Below the pieces are notes generated by a model. The model searched no databases, was not told the DNA's origin, and worked only from the letters and a program-made list of their open reading frames with translations. Made by a program: the position numbers and the translations under genes. Below, piece after piece: positions 31,964 to 42,162 of a stretch of 64,000 nt of DNA; position 1 is the first letter of the stretch; each line of letters begins with the position of its first letter. Source of the stretch: Candidatus Bathyarchaeota archaeon (lineage in GTDB: Archaea; Thermoproteota; Bathyarchaeia; Bathyarchaeales; Bathycorpusculaceae); the NCBI GenBank assembly GCA_963777155.1, contig CAVZPM010000009.1, positions 1 to 64,000 on the forward strand. The letters are read 5' to 3'.

Positions 31964-33898
31964 CTATTTTTTTACTGTGTAGGGGAGTAAGCCGCCTTCG
32001 AAGAGGATGTCCTTCTGTCTCTGCGAAAGGTTGTAGATAAGATCGATTTTGATGTTCTTAGTCTTATCCACTAAGATTACTGGCTCATCGTTCTCCAGTT
32101 TCTTCTTCAGGTTAGGAATCTCGATTTCGTCACCCTGATCTATCTTGTTGTAGTCATCAATGTTTTTGAAAGATAGCGAGATAATGCCGAAGTTAACTAG
32201 GTTAGCTGAGTGAATTCTCTCAACGGACTTTGCTATAATTGCTTTAACACCTAGATACATTGGGCAAAGGGCAGCGTGTTCTCTGGAACTTCCTTGTCCA
32301 TAAGATTCTCCGGCAACTATAACCGTAGCTAATCCTTTAGTTTTGGCGTCCATTGCTCTTTTTGGGAAGTCTTTGTCAAGCGGTTCAAAAACATATTTGG
32401 AGTATTCGGGCACATTGGAACGGTATTTTAGTCTGGCTCCAGCTGGCATGATATGGTCGGTTGTAATTTTATCACCCACTTTTATGCCGATAACACCTTT
32501 GATTTCGTCTGGCATTTTATCGTTAACTGGCGGAGCGCCGATGTTGGGTCCCCTTACAATTTCAACGTTTTTGTCAGCATCATTTGGGAAAATAAACATG
32601 GAATCATCCACTAGGAACTTGTTTGGCATATCCACTAGGGGGTAATTTATTCCCGTCGTTCGTGGGTCAGTCATCTTTCCAGCGATTGCTGACACCGCTG
32701 CAACCTCGGGGCTCACAAGGTAAACTTGCGCGTCTGCGGTGCCGCTTCGTCCCTCAAAATTTCTGTTACTTGTCCTAAGAGAGACGCCTGCTGATTTGGG
32801 GCTTTGGCTGTTGCCGATGCAGAAGCCACAGGTTGCTTCAAGCAGTCTAGCGCCGCTATCTATCAGGTCACCGATATAACCGTCTTTTGTCGCCATCTGA
32901 AGCACCTGTCTTGAGCCTGGCGCTACTCCAAACGATACGTTTGGGTGAACTTTTTTGCCTTTCATTATTTTGGCGGCGGTGGCTATTTCTTTGTAAGACG
33001 AGTTGGTACATGACCCCAGCATAACTTGGTCAATTCTTAGGTCTCTCAAATTGCTAACTTTGACTATGTTGCCGGGACTGTGCGGTGCCGCTGCAAGAGG
33101 CTCCAGTTCACTAAGGTCCAGGTCAACTACCTTGTCATATTCAGCATCATCGTCAGCTTTTAGCTCGACCCAATCTGCCTCTCTGCCTTGAGCTTTGAGA
33201 AATTTTTTGGTTTCTTCATCGGAAGGGAATATGGAGGTTGTGACACCCATCTCTGCGCCCATATTGGTGATCGTTGCTCGTTCTGGGACGGTGAGGTTCT
33301 TTACACCCGGTCCAGTATACTCCATGATGACACCGACATTGCCCTTAACTGTGAATATTTCTAGCATCTTCAGGACTACGTCTTTGGCGCTAACCCATGG
33401 TTGAAGAGCGCCCTTGAGGTTTATCTTATAGACTTTTGGGCAGGTGATGTAGAATTCGCCTCCACCCATTGCTACTGCAACATCTAGACCACCGGCGCCT
33501 ATGGCTATCATGCCGATGCCGCCTCCAGTCGTTGTGTGACTGTCAGAACCGAGAAGTGTCTTGCCAGGCTTGCCAAACCGTTCCAGATGGACTTGATGGC
33601 ATATTCCATTTCCTGCCTTTGAGTAGATGATACCGTATTTAGCGGCTACACTTTGAAGGTACTTGTGGTCATCAGCGTTCTCAAAACCCACTTGGATTGT
33701 ATTGTGATCAACGTAGCTAACGGAAAGCTCGGTCTTCACCTGTTTGAGACCCATAGCCTCAAACTGGAGGTAAGCCATCGTTCCTGTCGCGTCCTGAGTC
33801 AGGGTTTGATCAACCTTTATTCCTATCTCTTTTCCAGGTACGTATTCGCCTACAACCAAGTGTTTTTCCAGTATCTTCCGTGTAAGGGACTTTCCCAT
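31964..33898 (-). CDS. acn: Aconitate hydratase
   Basis: QDATG, VDHN, GICHQVH, DSHT, GSCTNSS, CGFCIG, NRNFEGR, GSSREHAA. Confidence 0.95.
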   Translation of the reverse strand: MGKSLTRKILEKHLVVGEYVPGKEIGIKVDQTLTQDATGTMAYLQFEAMGLKQVKTELSVSYVDHNTIQVGFENADDHKYLQSVAAKYGIIYSKAGNGICHQVHLERFGKPGKTLLGSDSHTTTGGGIGMIAIGAGGLDVAVAMGGGEFYITCPKVYKINLKGALQPWVSAKDVVLKMLEIFTVKGNVGVIMEYTGPGVKNLTVPERATITNMGAEMGVTTSIFPSDEETKKFLKAQGREADWVELKADDDAEYDKVVDLDLSELEPLAAAPHSPGNIVKVSNLRDLRIDQVMLGSCTNSSYKEIATAAKIMKGKKVHPNVSFGVAPGSRQVLQMATKDGYIGDLIDSGARLLEATCGFCIGNSQSPKSAGVSLRTSNRNFEGRSGTADAQVYLVSPEVAAVSAIAGKMTDPRTTGINYPLVDMPNKFLVDDSMFIFPNDADKNVEIVRGPNIGAPPVNDKMPDEIKGVIGIKVGDKITTDHIMPAGARLKYRSNVPEYSKYVFEPLDKDFPKRAMDAKTKGLATVIVAGESYGQGSSREHAALCPMYLGVKAIIAKSVERIHSANLVNFGIISLSFKNIDDYNKIDQGDEIEIPNLKKKLENDEPVILVDKTKNIKIDLIYNLSQRQKDILFEGGLLPYTVKK

Positions 33899-34269
33899 AA
33901 ATATCTCATCCTTGGAAAGGATTGTTTTGCTTAACAGCATATAAACGTTGTCAATTTACAGGATGAATACATCACCCCATTTACTTAATACAAATTTAAG
34001 TAAATTTTGGAAAATTGTGCAAAAAATAGCCAAAAAGCGCAAAAATGGAACAATACTGTTGCTGCCACAGTGGAAACAGTTAGGGTACACTGATTGAGTG
34101 AACGGTAGATTGTTCCTGTCAATGGCTTAAGTCATTTTGTATCCCGTTAAAGATAGGTTTTCAATTGGTTAAGAGAAATCAAAAACTGCTGTTTACCTGT
34201 CTGTTTAAAAGCCTTGAATAGTCATTTAGTGAACTTTTCCTGAAAACTCTAATGACTAAGAGCTTAGGG

Positions 34270-34566
34270 TCAGCTCATGAAAGTTGGGTGTGCATCTTCT
34301 TCGTTGATATGATGCATTACATGCAGTGCTAAGCCCGTGGCTGCGCCTGCGGAAAGTCCCAAAAGCAAGTTTGTGAGCCACGAATAATTCCCCACTAGAC
34401 CCAAGACAACTAGGGCATCAAAACCCAATGCAACTGCCAAGTAACCTACACACCACATTTTAACGCTCATACCTCTTGGCTTGTTGATTCCAATTCCTCC
34501 AAGTATGCCTAGCATTATTAGAAAGCCTACTAATGCGTAAATCCAGTCGTAACTCAAACCATTCAC
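34270..34566 (-). CDS. Small three-TM membrane protein
   Basis: 98 aa, three hydrophobic segments, His-containing C-terminus. Confidence 0.65.
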   Translation of the reverse strand: MNGLSYDWIYALVGFLIMLGILGGIGINKPRGMSVKMWCVGYLAVALGFDALVVLGLVGNYSWLTNLLLGLSAGAATGLALHVMHHINEEDAHPTFMS

Positions 34567-34802
34567 CTGTTATAATTGGCTAAGTTCCGTTTTGAGGTTA
34601 ATTAGGTTATCGAAACCTTAACTGCAGAAAGATACAGTATCAGTAAAACAGCGAGAGCACCGCTATCTTTTTTTACCTACTACAGGAAATCTTTAGGCTC
34701 AAGGGTGTGTAAGCAGTAACAAACTTTGACGAAAGGCAATGCCACAGATGGGCTCAACTCCTGATTAACCGAAAACAGAAACTCATAGAAGCCCAAGTTG
34801 CC

Positions 34803-36785
34803 ATGGAACAAAGTAATTTTGACTTAGCAAAGCAGTTGTATAACCAAATTTTCAACGGAGTTATGGGCAAACAAGCCGATCCGGGAATGGCCGGTTCACT
34901 TTTGTACCACATGGCCATGGTTTCAAAGATGGAATCGGAAACCCAAGTGCTCCTTAATGCACTAAATGTTGTACTGCCGGATGTATCTGTGCAGTTGAGT
35001 AAGATTTACTTTGATTTTGAGTCTGACGCAAAGCAGCTAACCCAAAATATAGTTCCCTTCTCAGTAAGTTTTAAAGAGATCGCCACCAGCTCTCGACCAA
35101 CAAGTGAAGAAAAAATAAAATTGTTTACAAACCTTAAGCAAGAAAATAAAAAAGTCGAAGTCCTCCTAAACAACAAGAGCCCCGAGGCAAGCGAAGCGTT
35201 AGAGAAATTGTTCGACAGGTGGGCAGAGCAAGTTATTCGGATGCGACTTATCCAAGAGTACGAAACAATCAAAGGCTTACTAGTTACAGCTGAGTTGGCA
35301 AAAACCATAGGTTTACCTGCCCTTGAAAAAGTGATGAAAGCAGTCCAAGAAAAGTTTGGTATGGAAACAGTCAGCATTGCCCTCGATGTAACACTTAAGG
35401 TTGGTATGCGACGGGAGAAACTGCAGTCAGTCATGCTTAGCGATCACTTCATAAACATGACCATGAGCAACGAGACCCTTGACGGACACATGGAATTTTT
35501 GAACTGCCCCATATATGGAAGCCATCATTATGCCCATGAAAAATATGGCGTAGACGACAAGGTTTCTGGGTTGTTCTGTACTCATTTCTGTTTTGCCCAC
35601 GCCAAAGCCATGCTTGACACAGTTCTGCCTTTTCCCTTCACGCTATGGCAGCCTAAACTGATAGCGACCCATGGCAACTGTGAATTCTACCTAAAACTTG
35701 CATATACACCAGAAGCAAAGTCAGCAGAGCGGTTTGTTCCTTTAGTAATGTCTTGGAACGTTACTCGCGAATGCAACATGAAATGCAGTCACTGTTACAT
35801 TAACGCGACAGAAAAGAAACTATCAAATGAATTGTCCACTCAAGAAGGCAAAGACCTCATGGACCAAATTTGCCAAGTTAGCAAACCACTACTCATACTC
35901 AGCGGTGGCGAGCCACTCTTGCGCCCAGACATTTATGAACTAATCCGTTATGGCTCATCTAAGGGCTTGAAGATGGGGCTAGGAAGCAACGGAAGTCTCA
36001 TCGATGAGACGGTTGCGGCTAAACTCAAAGCAGCTGGAATAGCAACGGTTTCAATCAGCTTGGACTCCCATATTCCATCGCAACACGACGAGTTCCGAGG
36101 AGTGGCAGGTTCATGGGAAAAAGCAGTCAACGCTTGCAAGGTTTTAAGGAAAAACAATGTGCTCGTCCAAATAAACACCACTCTAACTCAGCAGAACTAC
36201 AACCAAATAGATGATATCATGAGTTTGGCAGAGGAAATTGGGGTTGAAAATTTCCACTTGTTCTTCCTTGTTCCGACAGGTCGAGGTGCTAAACTAGAGG
36301 ATATTTCACCTCAAAAATACGAAGACATGATAACCAATACCTTCGCTAAAGTTGCAAAACACAAGTTAAACGTAAGACCTTCCTGTGCACCTCAGTTTAT
36401 GCGCATTGCCAAAGGCATGGGTTTAGACATGAGGCAGTGGGTTCGCGGTTGCTTGGCGGGCTTGTACTACTGCCGGATTTACCCCAACGGAGACGTAACT
36501 CCCTGCCCCTACCTGCCTATAAAACTTGGGAACGTCCTCGAAGAAGACTTCAAAGAAATCTGGTTTAAATCAAACATCTTCAAAGCATTGAGGAACCCCA
36601 ACGCGCTCAAAGGAAAATGCGGTGCATGCGATTACCGCTCGCTGTGCGGTGGCTGCCGTGCACGGGCTTATGGACTTTCAAGCGACTTTATCGATTACTG
36701 CGGCGATCTTCATGAACCAGAAGAACTTAAGAAAGAGTATTTGACTGAGGACCCATGGTGTGTCTATCAACCAAAAACCTCTTAA
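34803..36785 (+). CDS. Radical SAM/SPASM protein (AhbD/NirJ-like) with about 310-aa unknown N-terminal region
   Basis: WNVTRECNMKCSHC, SGGEPLLR, SPASM CLAG...PCPY...CGAC...CGGCRARAY...DPWC. Confidence 0.9.
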   Translation: MEQSNFDLAKQLYNQIFNGVMGKQADPGMAGSLLYHMAMVSKMESETQVLLNALNVVLPDVSVQLSKIYFDFESDAKQLTQNIVPFSVSFKEIATSSRPTSEEKIKLFTNLKQENKKVEVLLNNKSPEASEALEKLFDRWAEQVIRMRLIQEYETIKGLLVTAELAKTIGLPALEKVMKAVQEKFGMETVSIALDVTLKVGMRREKLQSVMLSDHFINMTMSNETLDGHMEFLNCPIYGSHHYAHEKYGVDDKVSGLFCTHFCFAHAKAMLDTVLPFPFTLWQPKLIATHGNCEFYLKLAYTPEAKSAERFVPLVMSWNVTRECNMKCSHCYINATEKKLSNELSTQEGKDLMDQICQVSKPLLILSGGEPLLRPDIYELIRYGSSKGLKMGLGSNGSLIDETVAAKLKAAGIATVSISLDSHIPSQHDEFRGVAGSWEKAVNACKVLRKNNVLVQINTTLTQQNYNQIDDIMSLAEEIGVENFHLFFLVPTGRGAKLEDISPQKYEDMITNTFAKVAKHKLNVRPSCAPQFMRIAKGMGLDMRQWVRGCLAGLYYCRIYPNGDVTPCPYLPIKLGNVLEEDFKEIWFKSNIFKALRNPNALKGKCGACDYRSLCGGCRARAYGLSSDFIDYCGDLHEPEELKKEYLTEDPWCVYQPKTS

Positions 36786-37111
36786 GTCATAGTTATCTTT
36801 CAAAAACTTCAACAGACAAGTGAAGCGGCTTTGGCAGCCCGCAAACACAGTATTCCAGTGGCTGTGGACCGCCAAATAAATCTTGGAAGGCGCAAAAAAT
36901 GAAGGTTGCCCACCCCCCCTAATACAAACAAAGTCGTTACAGCAGCAACGCCACTTGAATCATGGTTGCCTCAGGATACGCTGAAGGCGCGGATGCACTA
37001 AAGCAACTTGCTTCTCCAACTCAAACCTGTTCAGCATCGTAGCCAGCAACCTTTAGAGTACGTGCAATAATACTATAAGGCAGAAAACCCATATTCGTAT
37101 CCAATCTTAAA

Positions 37112-37483
37112 ATGGGGGAAAAAAAAGCGTTCACATGCAAAAACTCTTCCTGCAGAAAGACATTTGCTACTCCCCTTAAGACAATAAACCTGCAAGAAAA
37201 CACAACTGAACCATACTACGCCTGCCCATATTGCCTTACAAAACTGGAAATGGAACAACCCAAGAGAGAGAAAGAAACAGGTCCTTTTGAACCACTTTCA
37301 AAAAGGCAGTCTGAAAATAATCAGAACGAAAGCAAAGAGAAAAATAGAAATAGAGAAAAGCCCTCAGATTGCCAGCTTCACCTTGGATATTTAAGTGAGC
37401 GTTCTTCAAAAGAGCAAATTCCAGACGGCTGCCTTGTCTGCAAAGACATCGTTGAATGTATGCTTAAAAAAATGCGAGATTAA
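37112..37483 (+). CDS. Cys-rich putative Zn-binding protein
   Basis: CKNSSC...CPYC at N-terminus; C...H...CLVC...C at C-terminus. Confidence 0.75.
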   Translation: MGEKKAFTCKNSSCRKTFATPLKTINLQENTTEPYYACPYCLTKLEMEQPKREKETGPFEPLSKRQSENNQNESKEKNRNREKPSDCQLHLGYLSERSSKEQIPDGCLVCKDIVECMLKKMRD

Positions 37484-37569
37484 ATCAAAATTTTAATAAG
37501 TCCCACTTCATTTAGGAAAAATAAATTAAAAAAACTGGATAGGAAATAATAAGAAGAGAATAAAAGATT

Positions 37570-37938
37570 TTACTTCTTTTTCTTTGCTGCGGATTTGTCT
37601 TCGGTGGTTGCTGCTTCCGTTGCGGGAGCCGGTTCTTCAACTTTTTGATCGTCTTTCTTTTCTTCGATTTCAGTTGTGATCTCTTCGATTGGTTTTGGAG
37701 GCGGTGTTGTTGCCATTGTCCATCCGATCCAAGCCCCAATGAAAAGTATAGCTACGAAGGCAATGAATACTGGCACTGCAATTACCCAAAATTGAATTTT
37801 AAATAGGTCAGTAGTTGAGCTGAGTAGCCCGATAGAGACTAACCAAGTTGGATAGAACAGCGTAACAAGGTAACCGATAGCGACTACAACGCAAACGACT
37901 AGTATTGCTCCACCTATTCCTTGATCTTTGCTAACCAT
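37570..37938 (-). CDS. Two-TM membrane protein with charged tail
   Basis: WIGWTMATTPPPKPIEE motif following two TM helices. Confidence 0.85.
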   Translation of the reverse strand: MVSKDQGIGGAILVVCVVVAIGYLVTLFYPTWLVSIGLLSSTTDLFKIQFWVIAVPVFIAFVAILFIGAWIGWTMATTPPPKPIEEITTEIEEKKDDQKVEEPAPATEAATTEDKSAAKKKK

Positions 37939-38017
37939 TTAGTGATTCACCACTTTATAGCCATGTATTCGCTTAATCAATTTAAAGTTTGTCATTGCCC
38001 TTCAAGTGCTCGGTTGA

Positions 38018-39274
38018 TCAAGTAGTACCCATTTCCCAGGTTGACAAGTACTTTTTCTGTTCAGCGGTGAGCTCATCGATTGAAACATTCATAGATTTCA
38101 GTTTTAGCTCGGCAACTTTTTCATCGATCTCTTTTGGAACAGTATAGACTTTGGTTTGGAGTTTAGATGTTTTGGCGAGGTGCTCTGAACATAAGGCTTG
38201 GTTTGCAAAAGACATGTCCATGACTTCTGACGGGTGACCTTCTGCGGCTGCGAGGTTAACCAGTCTACCTTCGGCGAGGAGGTAGAGTTTTCTGCCATCC
38301 TTTAAAGTGTATTCTTCCATGTTGGGGCGCATCGTCCGTTTGGCTTTTGTGAGCCCTTCTAAGTCTGGAATGTTGATTTCTACGTTAAAGTGCCCACTGT
38401 TGCACATAATAGCGCCATCCTTCATCTTTTGCAAGTGTTCTTTACGTATGACACTTATGTCACCTGTAGCTGTGACGAAAATGTCACCGATGGGTGCTGC
38501 TTCAGCCATGGGCATGACACGATAACCATCCATGACTGCTTCTAGGGCGCGGGTTGGTTGAATTTCTGTCACTATAACGTTGGCTCCTAAGCCTCGCGCA
38601 CGCATAGCTATACCTCTGCTGCACCAGCCGTATCCTCCAACAACAAAATTTTTGCCTGCGAGTAGAACGGAGGTTGCCCGCATAATACCATCGATGGTGC
38701 TTTGGCCCGTTCCATAGCGGTTGTCAAAGAGGTATTTTGTGTATGCGTCGTTAACTGCTATGATTGGGTATTTGAGGCTACCATCCTGTTCCATGGCTTT
38801 TAGGCGAACTACACCAGTAGAGGTTTCTTCGGTTCCGCCTTTGACGTCTTTAATTTGGTTTTGTCGTTTGCTGTGAAGCATTCCTACGACATCTGCGCCG
38901 TCATCCATTGTCATGGTTGGTTTGAAATCAAGGACTTTGTCTATGCATTTGTAATAGTCCTCAGTATTCTGTCCTCTCCAAGCGAAAACGTGTACCCCGC
39001 TATCTGCTAAGGCTGCGGCAACGTCGTCTTGGGTTGATAGGGGGTTTGAGCCGCATAATGCGACTTTAGCGCCTCCTGCAATAAGTACTTTGATGAGCAC
39101 TGCGGTTTCTTTGGTTACGTGGAGACACGCAGCTATTGTTTGACCTTTAAGCGGTTTTTCTTTCTCAAAGCGAGTTTTAATAATTGTTAGAACAGGCATG
39201 TGCTTTGATGCCCACTCGATCTGCAAGTGACCTTGTGGTGCTAAACTTTTATCTTTAACTTGGAATTCTTCCAT
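38018..39274 (-). CDS. ahcY: S-adenosylhomocysteine hydrolase
   Basis: [39 protein letters not shown]. Confidence 0.98.
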   Translation of the reverse strand: MEEFQVKDKSLAPQGHLQIEWASKHMPVLTIIKTRFEKEKPLKGQTIAACLHVTKETAVLIKVLIAGGAKVALCGSNPLSTQDDVAAALADSGVHVFAWRGQNTEDYYKCIDKVLDFKPTMTMDDGADVVGMLHSKRQNQIKDVKGGTEETSTGVVRLKAMEQDGSLKYPIIAVNDAYTKYLFDNRYGTGQSTIDGIMRATSVLLAGKNFVVGGYGWCSRGIAMRARGLGANVIVTEIQPTRALEAVMDGYRVMPMAEAAPIGDIFVTATGDISVIRKEHLQKMKDGAIMCNSGHFNVEINIPDLEGLTKAKRTMRPNMEEYTLKDGRKLYLLAEGRLVNLAAAEGHPSEVMDMSFANQALCSEHLAKTSKLQTKVYTVPKEIDEKVAELKLKSMNVSIDELTAEQKKYLSTWEMGTT

Positions 39275-39404
39275 GAATATTCCTTCTTTTTAGGAACATT
39301 GTGTCTTCTACCTATTTAGAATTTGCTTCGAAAAGGCAGGATGTAGGTGCAAACTCGAAAAAGTTTAATTATGCAAGATCCAGACCTACATGTGAGAGGA
39401 TAAA

Positions 39405-40010
39405 ATGAAGGAACCTTTTGCCTCGTTTGTTAAAAAAGAGTTAGGTCCGAGAACGCTATTGATAACATGCGGGTTGCCTGCAAGTTATAAAACAGAAACA
39501 GCAGAGGAAGTCTCCAAAATTAAGGGTTACCCTATTCTCCGCAGCGACTTGATTCGGTTGGAAGTGCTTAAGAATGAAGATATTTTTGATGTGAAAGTTG
39601 CGGGAAACATGAATAAGCGATTATCAGTTTACGATGAAGTGTTTCGCCGCGCTGATGAATTAGCAGCAAAAAGTAAAGACGGCTTAATCTTGGATGCTAC
39701 GTTTGTTACGCAAGAACTTCGCAGACGCTCGGCTGAGATAGCTGCAAAAAACAACATGACTTTTGTTATTCTTCAAACCAGTTGCCCCCAAGAAGTATCG
39801 CTTTCCAGAATTAAGAAGCGAACCAAAGAGAAGTACGAGTCCAACGCATTAACAGAAGAAGCATATCAGGCCAACAAGAACAAGTTTGAACCAGTTGACA
39901 TAGGTGACCTTAAGAAAAAATATCCAACGCTCAAAGTAACTCACCTAACTGTTGATACCTGCCGCGACGAAACCGACCAATGGTTCGTAGTGGGAATGGA
40001 GAAAAAGTAA
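39405..40010 (+). CDS. AAA_33-like P-loop kinase with deviant Walker A
   Basis: CGLPASYKT, LRSD.IR, ILDATF. Confidence 0.8.
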   Translation: MKEPFASFVKKELGPRTLLITCGLPASYKTETAEEVSKIKGYPILRSDLIRLEVLKNEDIFDVKVAGNMNKRLSVYDEVFRRADELAAKSKDGLILDATFVTQELRRRSAEIAAKNNMTFVILQTSCPQEVSLSRIKKRTKEKYESNALTEEAYQANKNKFEPVDIGDLKKKYPTLKVTHLTVDTCRDETDQWFVVGMEKK

Positions 40011-40021
40011 AGAGTGCCGCC

Positions 40022-40888
40022 ATGAAAATTGATTTGCACGTTCATTCGAAAGGTTCCGACGGAAAATTCACTATTGCAGAAATAATAAGAGAGGCCAAGA
40101 CCCGAGATATCGACTTACTCGCGATTACAGACCATGACTCCATCGGTTGCCAAACCCAAGCTTTCGCTCAGGCTGAAAACGCAGGCATAAAATACATCAC
40201 TGGTGTAGAGTTGAATGTCACTTTTTCACATCCCAAGTATCATGAGGGAAAAGTAGTTTCATTGGATTTTTTGGGTTTTCAATTCGATTCTAGCAACAAG
40301 GCGCTAGAAAGCAAATTGGAGACAATGGCGAAGTACAGGCAGGAACGGGCGGCTAAAATCCTTGACAATCTCAACGCGGAATTCAAGAAAGAACAGATTA
40401 CAGCATTAACTAAGGACGATTTTCGGAAAATTGAAGAGTCAGTAGACGGGGTATTCGGCAGACCCCATATAGCAGATTATTTAGTTAAAAAAGGAATTGT
40501 TAAAACGCGTCAAGAAGCTTTTGATAAATATCTGGTCAAATGTGACGTGCCAAAGTTCCCACTTCACCTTGAAGAAGCATCAAAACTCATTCGAGGCGCT
40601 GGCGGAAAACTGGTTTTGGCTCACCCTAACGATCCTCATGGAACCTCACTTAAAATTCTGAGTGAAGTTCTTGCTGAGCAGACTGAGATTGTCGAGGAAG
40701 CAATGCTTCCTTACATCGATGGCGTTGAATGTTGGCATTCCCGAAGCACCCCAGAAACAACCGATCAATACATTGCTTTCGCAATGCAGCAGGGACTCAT
40801 CATGACTGGGGGAAGTGACTGCCACCAAAAACCAATCCTGATGGGGACAGTTCAGATCCCAGATTGGGTAGCAAGCCAATTCAAATAG
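40022..40888 (+). CDS. PHP-domain phosphoesterase (TrpH/YciV-like)
   Basis: DLHVHS..SDG, AITDHD, GRPHIA, LAHP, GGSDCH. Confidence 0.93.
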   Translation: MKIDLHVHSKGSDGKFTIAEIIREAKTRDIDLLAITDHDSIGCQTQAFAQAENAGIKYITGVELNVTFSHPKYHEGKVVSLDFLGFQFDSSNKALESKLETMAKYRQERAAKILDNLNAEFKKEQITALTKDDFRKIEESVDGVFGRPHIADYLVKKGIVKTRQEAFDKYLVKCDVPKFPLHLEEASKLIRGAGGKLVLAHPNDPHGTSLKILSEVLAEQTEIVEEAMLPYIDGVECWHSRSTPETTDQYIAFAMQQGLIMTGGSDCHQKPILMGTVQIPDWVASQFK

Positions 40889-40896
40889 AAAAAGAC

Positions 40897-41904
40897 TTAG
40901 AGAGTATGAGCATATTCAGTGGCTAGTTTAAAGTAGTCTTGAGCTTCTCTGATTGCAGATGCCTTTTCTTCGTGTTTTATGTTTGTGTCGTCAAGTCTGA
41001 AGCTGATTACTTTGCCGCGCACATACGCACGGTAGCATTTGTAAAATGGGAGCAGCAAGGTTAGCTGTTGGTCATTAGAACACGCGATGTATTGCTCTAT
41101 GAAGCGATCTGCCAGGTTACGTCGTTGCTGGAAATCCAAATCCATTGCTAAGAAGGCAACGTCCGCAGCAACGTCAGAATAACGGAAACGATCGTTAAAT
41201 TCTATAGCATCGAATATACAGATTTTTTCTGTAATGAAAATGTTACCTGAATGAAGATCCCCATGGCAATCTCGAATGCGTTTGTCAACTATTCGACTTT
41301 CAAAAAGTGCATTGTTTTTCTCCATGAAGCAGTTGATTTTCGTTTGAATGAATTGGAAATCTGTTTGCGAAATAGTTTGGTTGATGTATTTTGTGGTTTG
41401 AGCAAAGTTTTCGTCCCAGTTAGTCTTAATTATTTTCAGGGAGCCGAACTCGTTTATTTCTGGACTTGTCTGCGCTTTTGAGTGGAACTCAGCAACTATA
41501 CGTGCTATCTCATCAATTTTTTTTTGGTTCACTTTATTTTGTTTTAGTAGTACTGCCATGATTTTTTCTTGTGGCAACCGCTTCATCTTTAGGGCGTATT
41601 CGACGGTTTCACCGTTGCCGTTTATTTTGATGCTGTTTGATTTGTTGATATTAACAACTTCGAGATATATTTCTGGGCAGAGGCGCCTGTTTAATTCCAA
41701 CTCTTTCTCACAGTAGAAACGCCTTTTTTCAAGGGTTGAGAAATCGAGAAACCCGAAGTTTACGGCTTTTTTCACTTTATAAACATAATTCTTGGTTAAG
41801 AATACAAAGGATATGTGGGTCTGAATGAGGTCTATCTTGCCCGTCTCTTGGGGATAAGCTTCTGGTTTAAGTAGGGCATCTATCACTTGCTCTTGATTTT
41901 GCAT
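40897..41904 (-). CDS. Aminoglycoside-phosphotransferase-like kinase (N-terminal half of Rv2004c-type proteins)
   Basis: QTHISFVFL, YKVKK.V.FGFLDFST, E..LNRRL, CHGDLH, FDAIEF, YRAYVRGKV. Confidence 0.9.
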   Translation of the reverse strand: MQNQEQVIDALLKPEAYPQETGKIDLIQTHISFVFLTKNYVYKVKKAVNFGFLDFSTLEKRRFYCEKELELNRRLCPEIYLEVVNINKSNSIKINGNGETVEYALKMKRLPQEKIMAVLLKQNKVNQKKIDEIARIVAEFHSKAQTSPEINEFGSLKIIKTNWDENFAQTTKYINQTISQTDFQFIQTKINCFMEKNNALFESRIVDKRIRDCHGDLHSGNIFITEKICIFDAIEFNDRFRYSDVAADVAFLAMDLDFQQRRNLADRFIEQYIACSNDQQLTLLLPFYKCYRAYVRGKVISFRLDDTNIKHEEKASAIREAQDYFKLATEYAHTL

Positions 41905-42048
41905 GCAGCTGTCTCCTTTCGGATATATTCTTGTGAACTTGCAACCAATAAATATAGGGGTCCATTTTTTTCCGTAAGGATTGGTTTAATGTCTTTCCAG
42001 TTTTGGTTAACTTTATATGCGACTTACCGAAAAGATTTTGCGATAAAA

Positions 42049-42162
42049 GTGGAAATCGACAAAGCAGAGGACCTAAAGCAAACACTCGTGAATAGTGGTT
42101 ACTCTATCGATGTAGCTGAAAAAATTGTAGCGCACTATTTTAAAGATATTGAAAGTGTTTAA
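42049..42162 (+). CDS. Putative 37-aa small protein
   Basis: GTG start about 30 nt after CTTTATAT; MEIDKAEDLKQTLVNSGYSIDVAEKIVAHYFKDIESV. Confidence 0.4.
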   Translation: MEIDKAEDLKQTLVNSGYSIDVAEKIVAHYFKDIESV

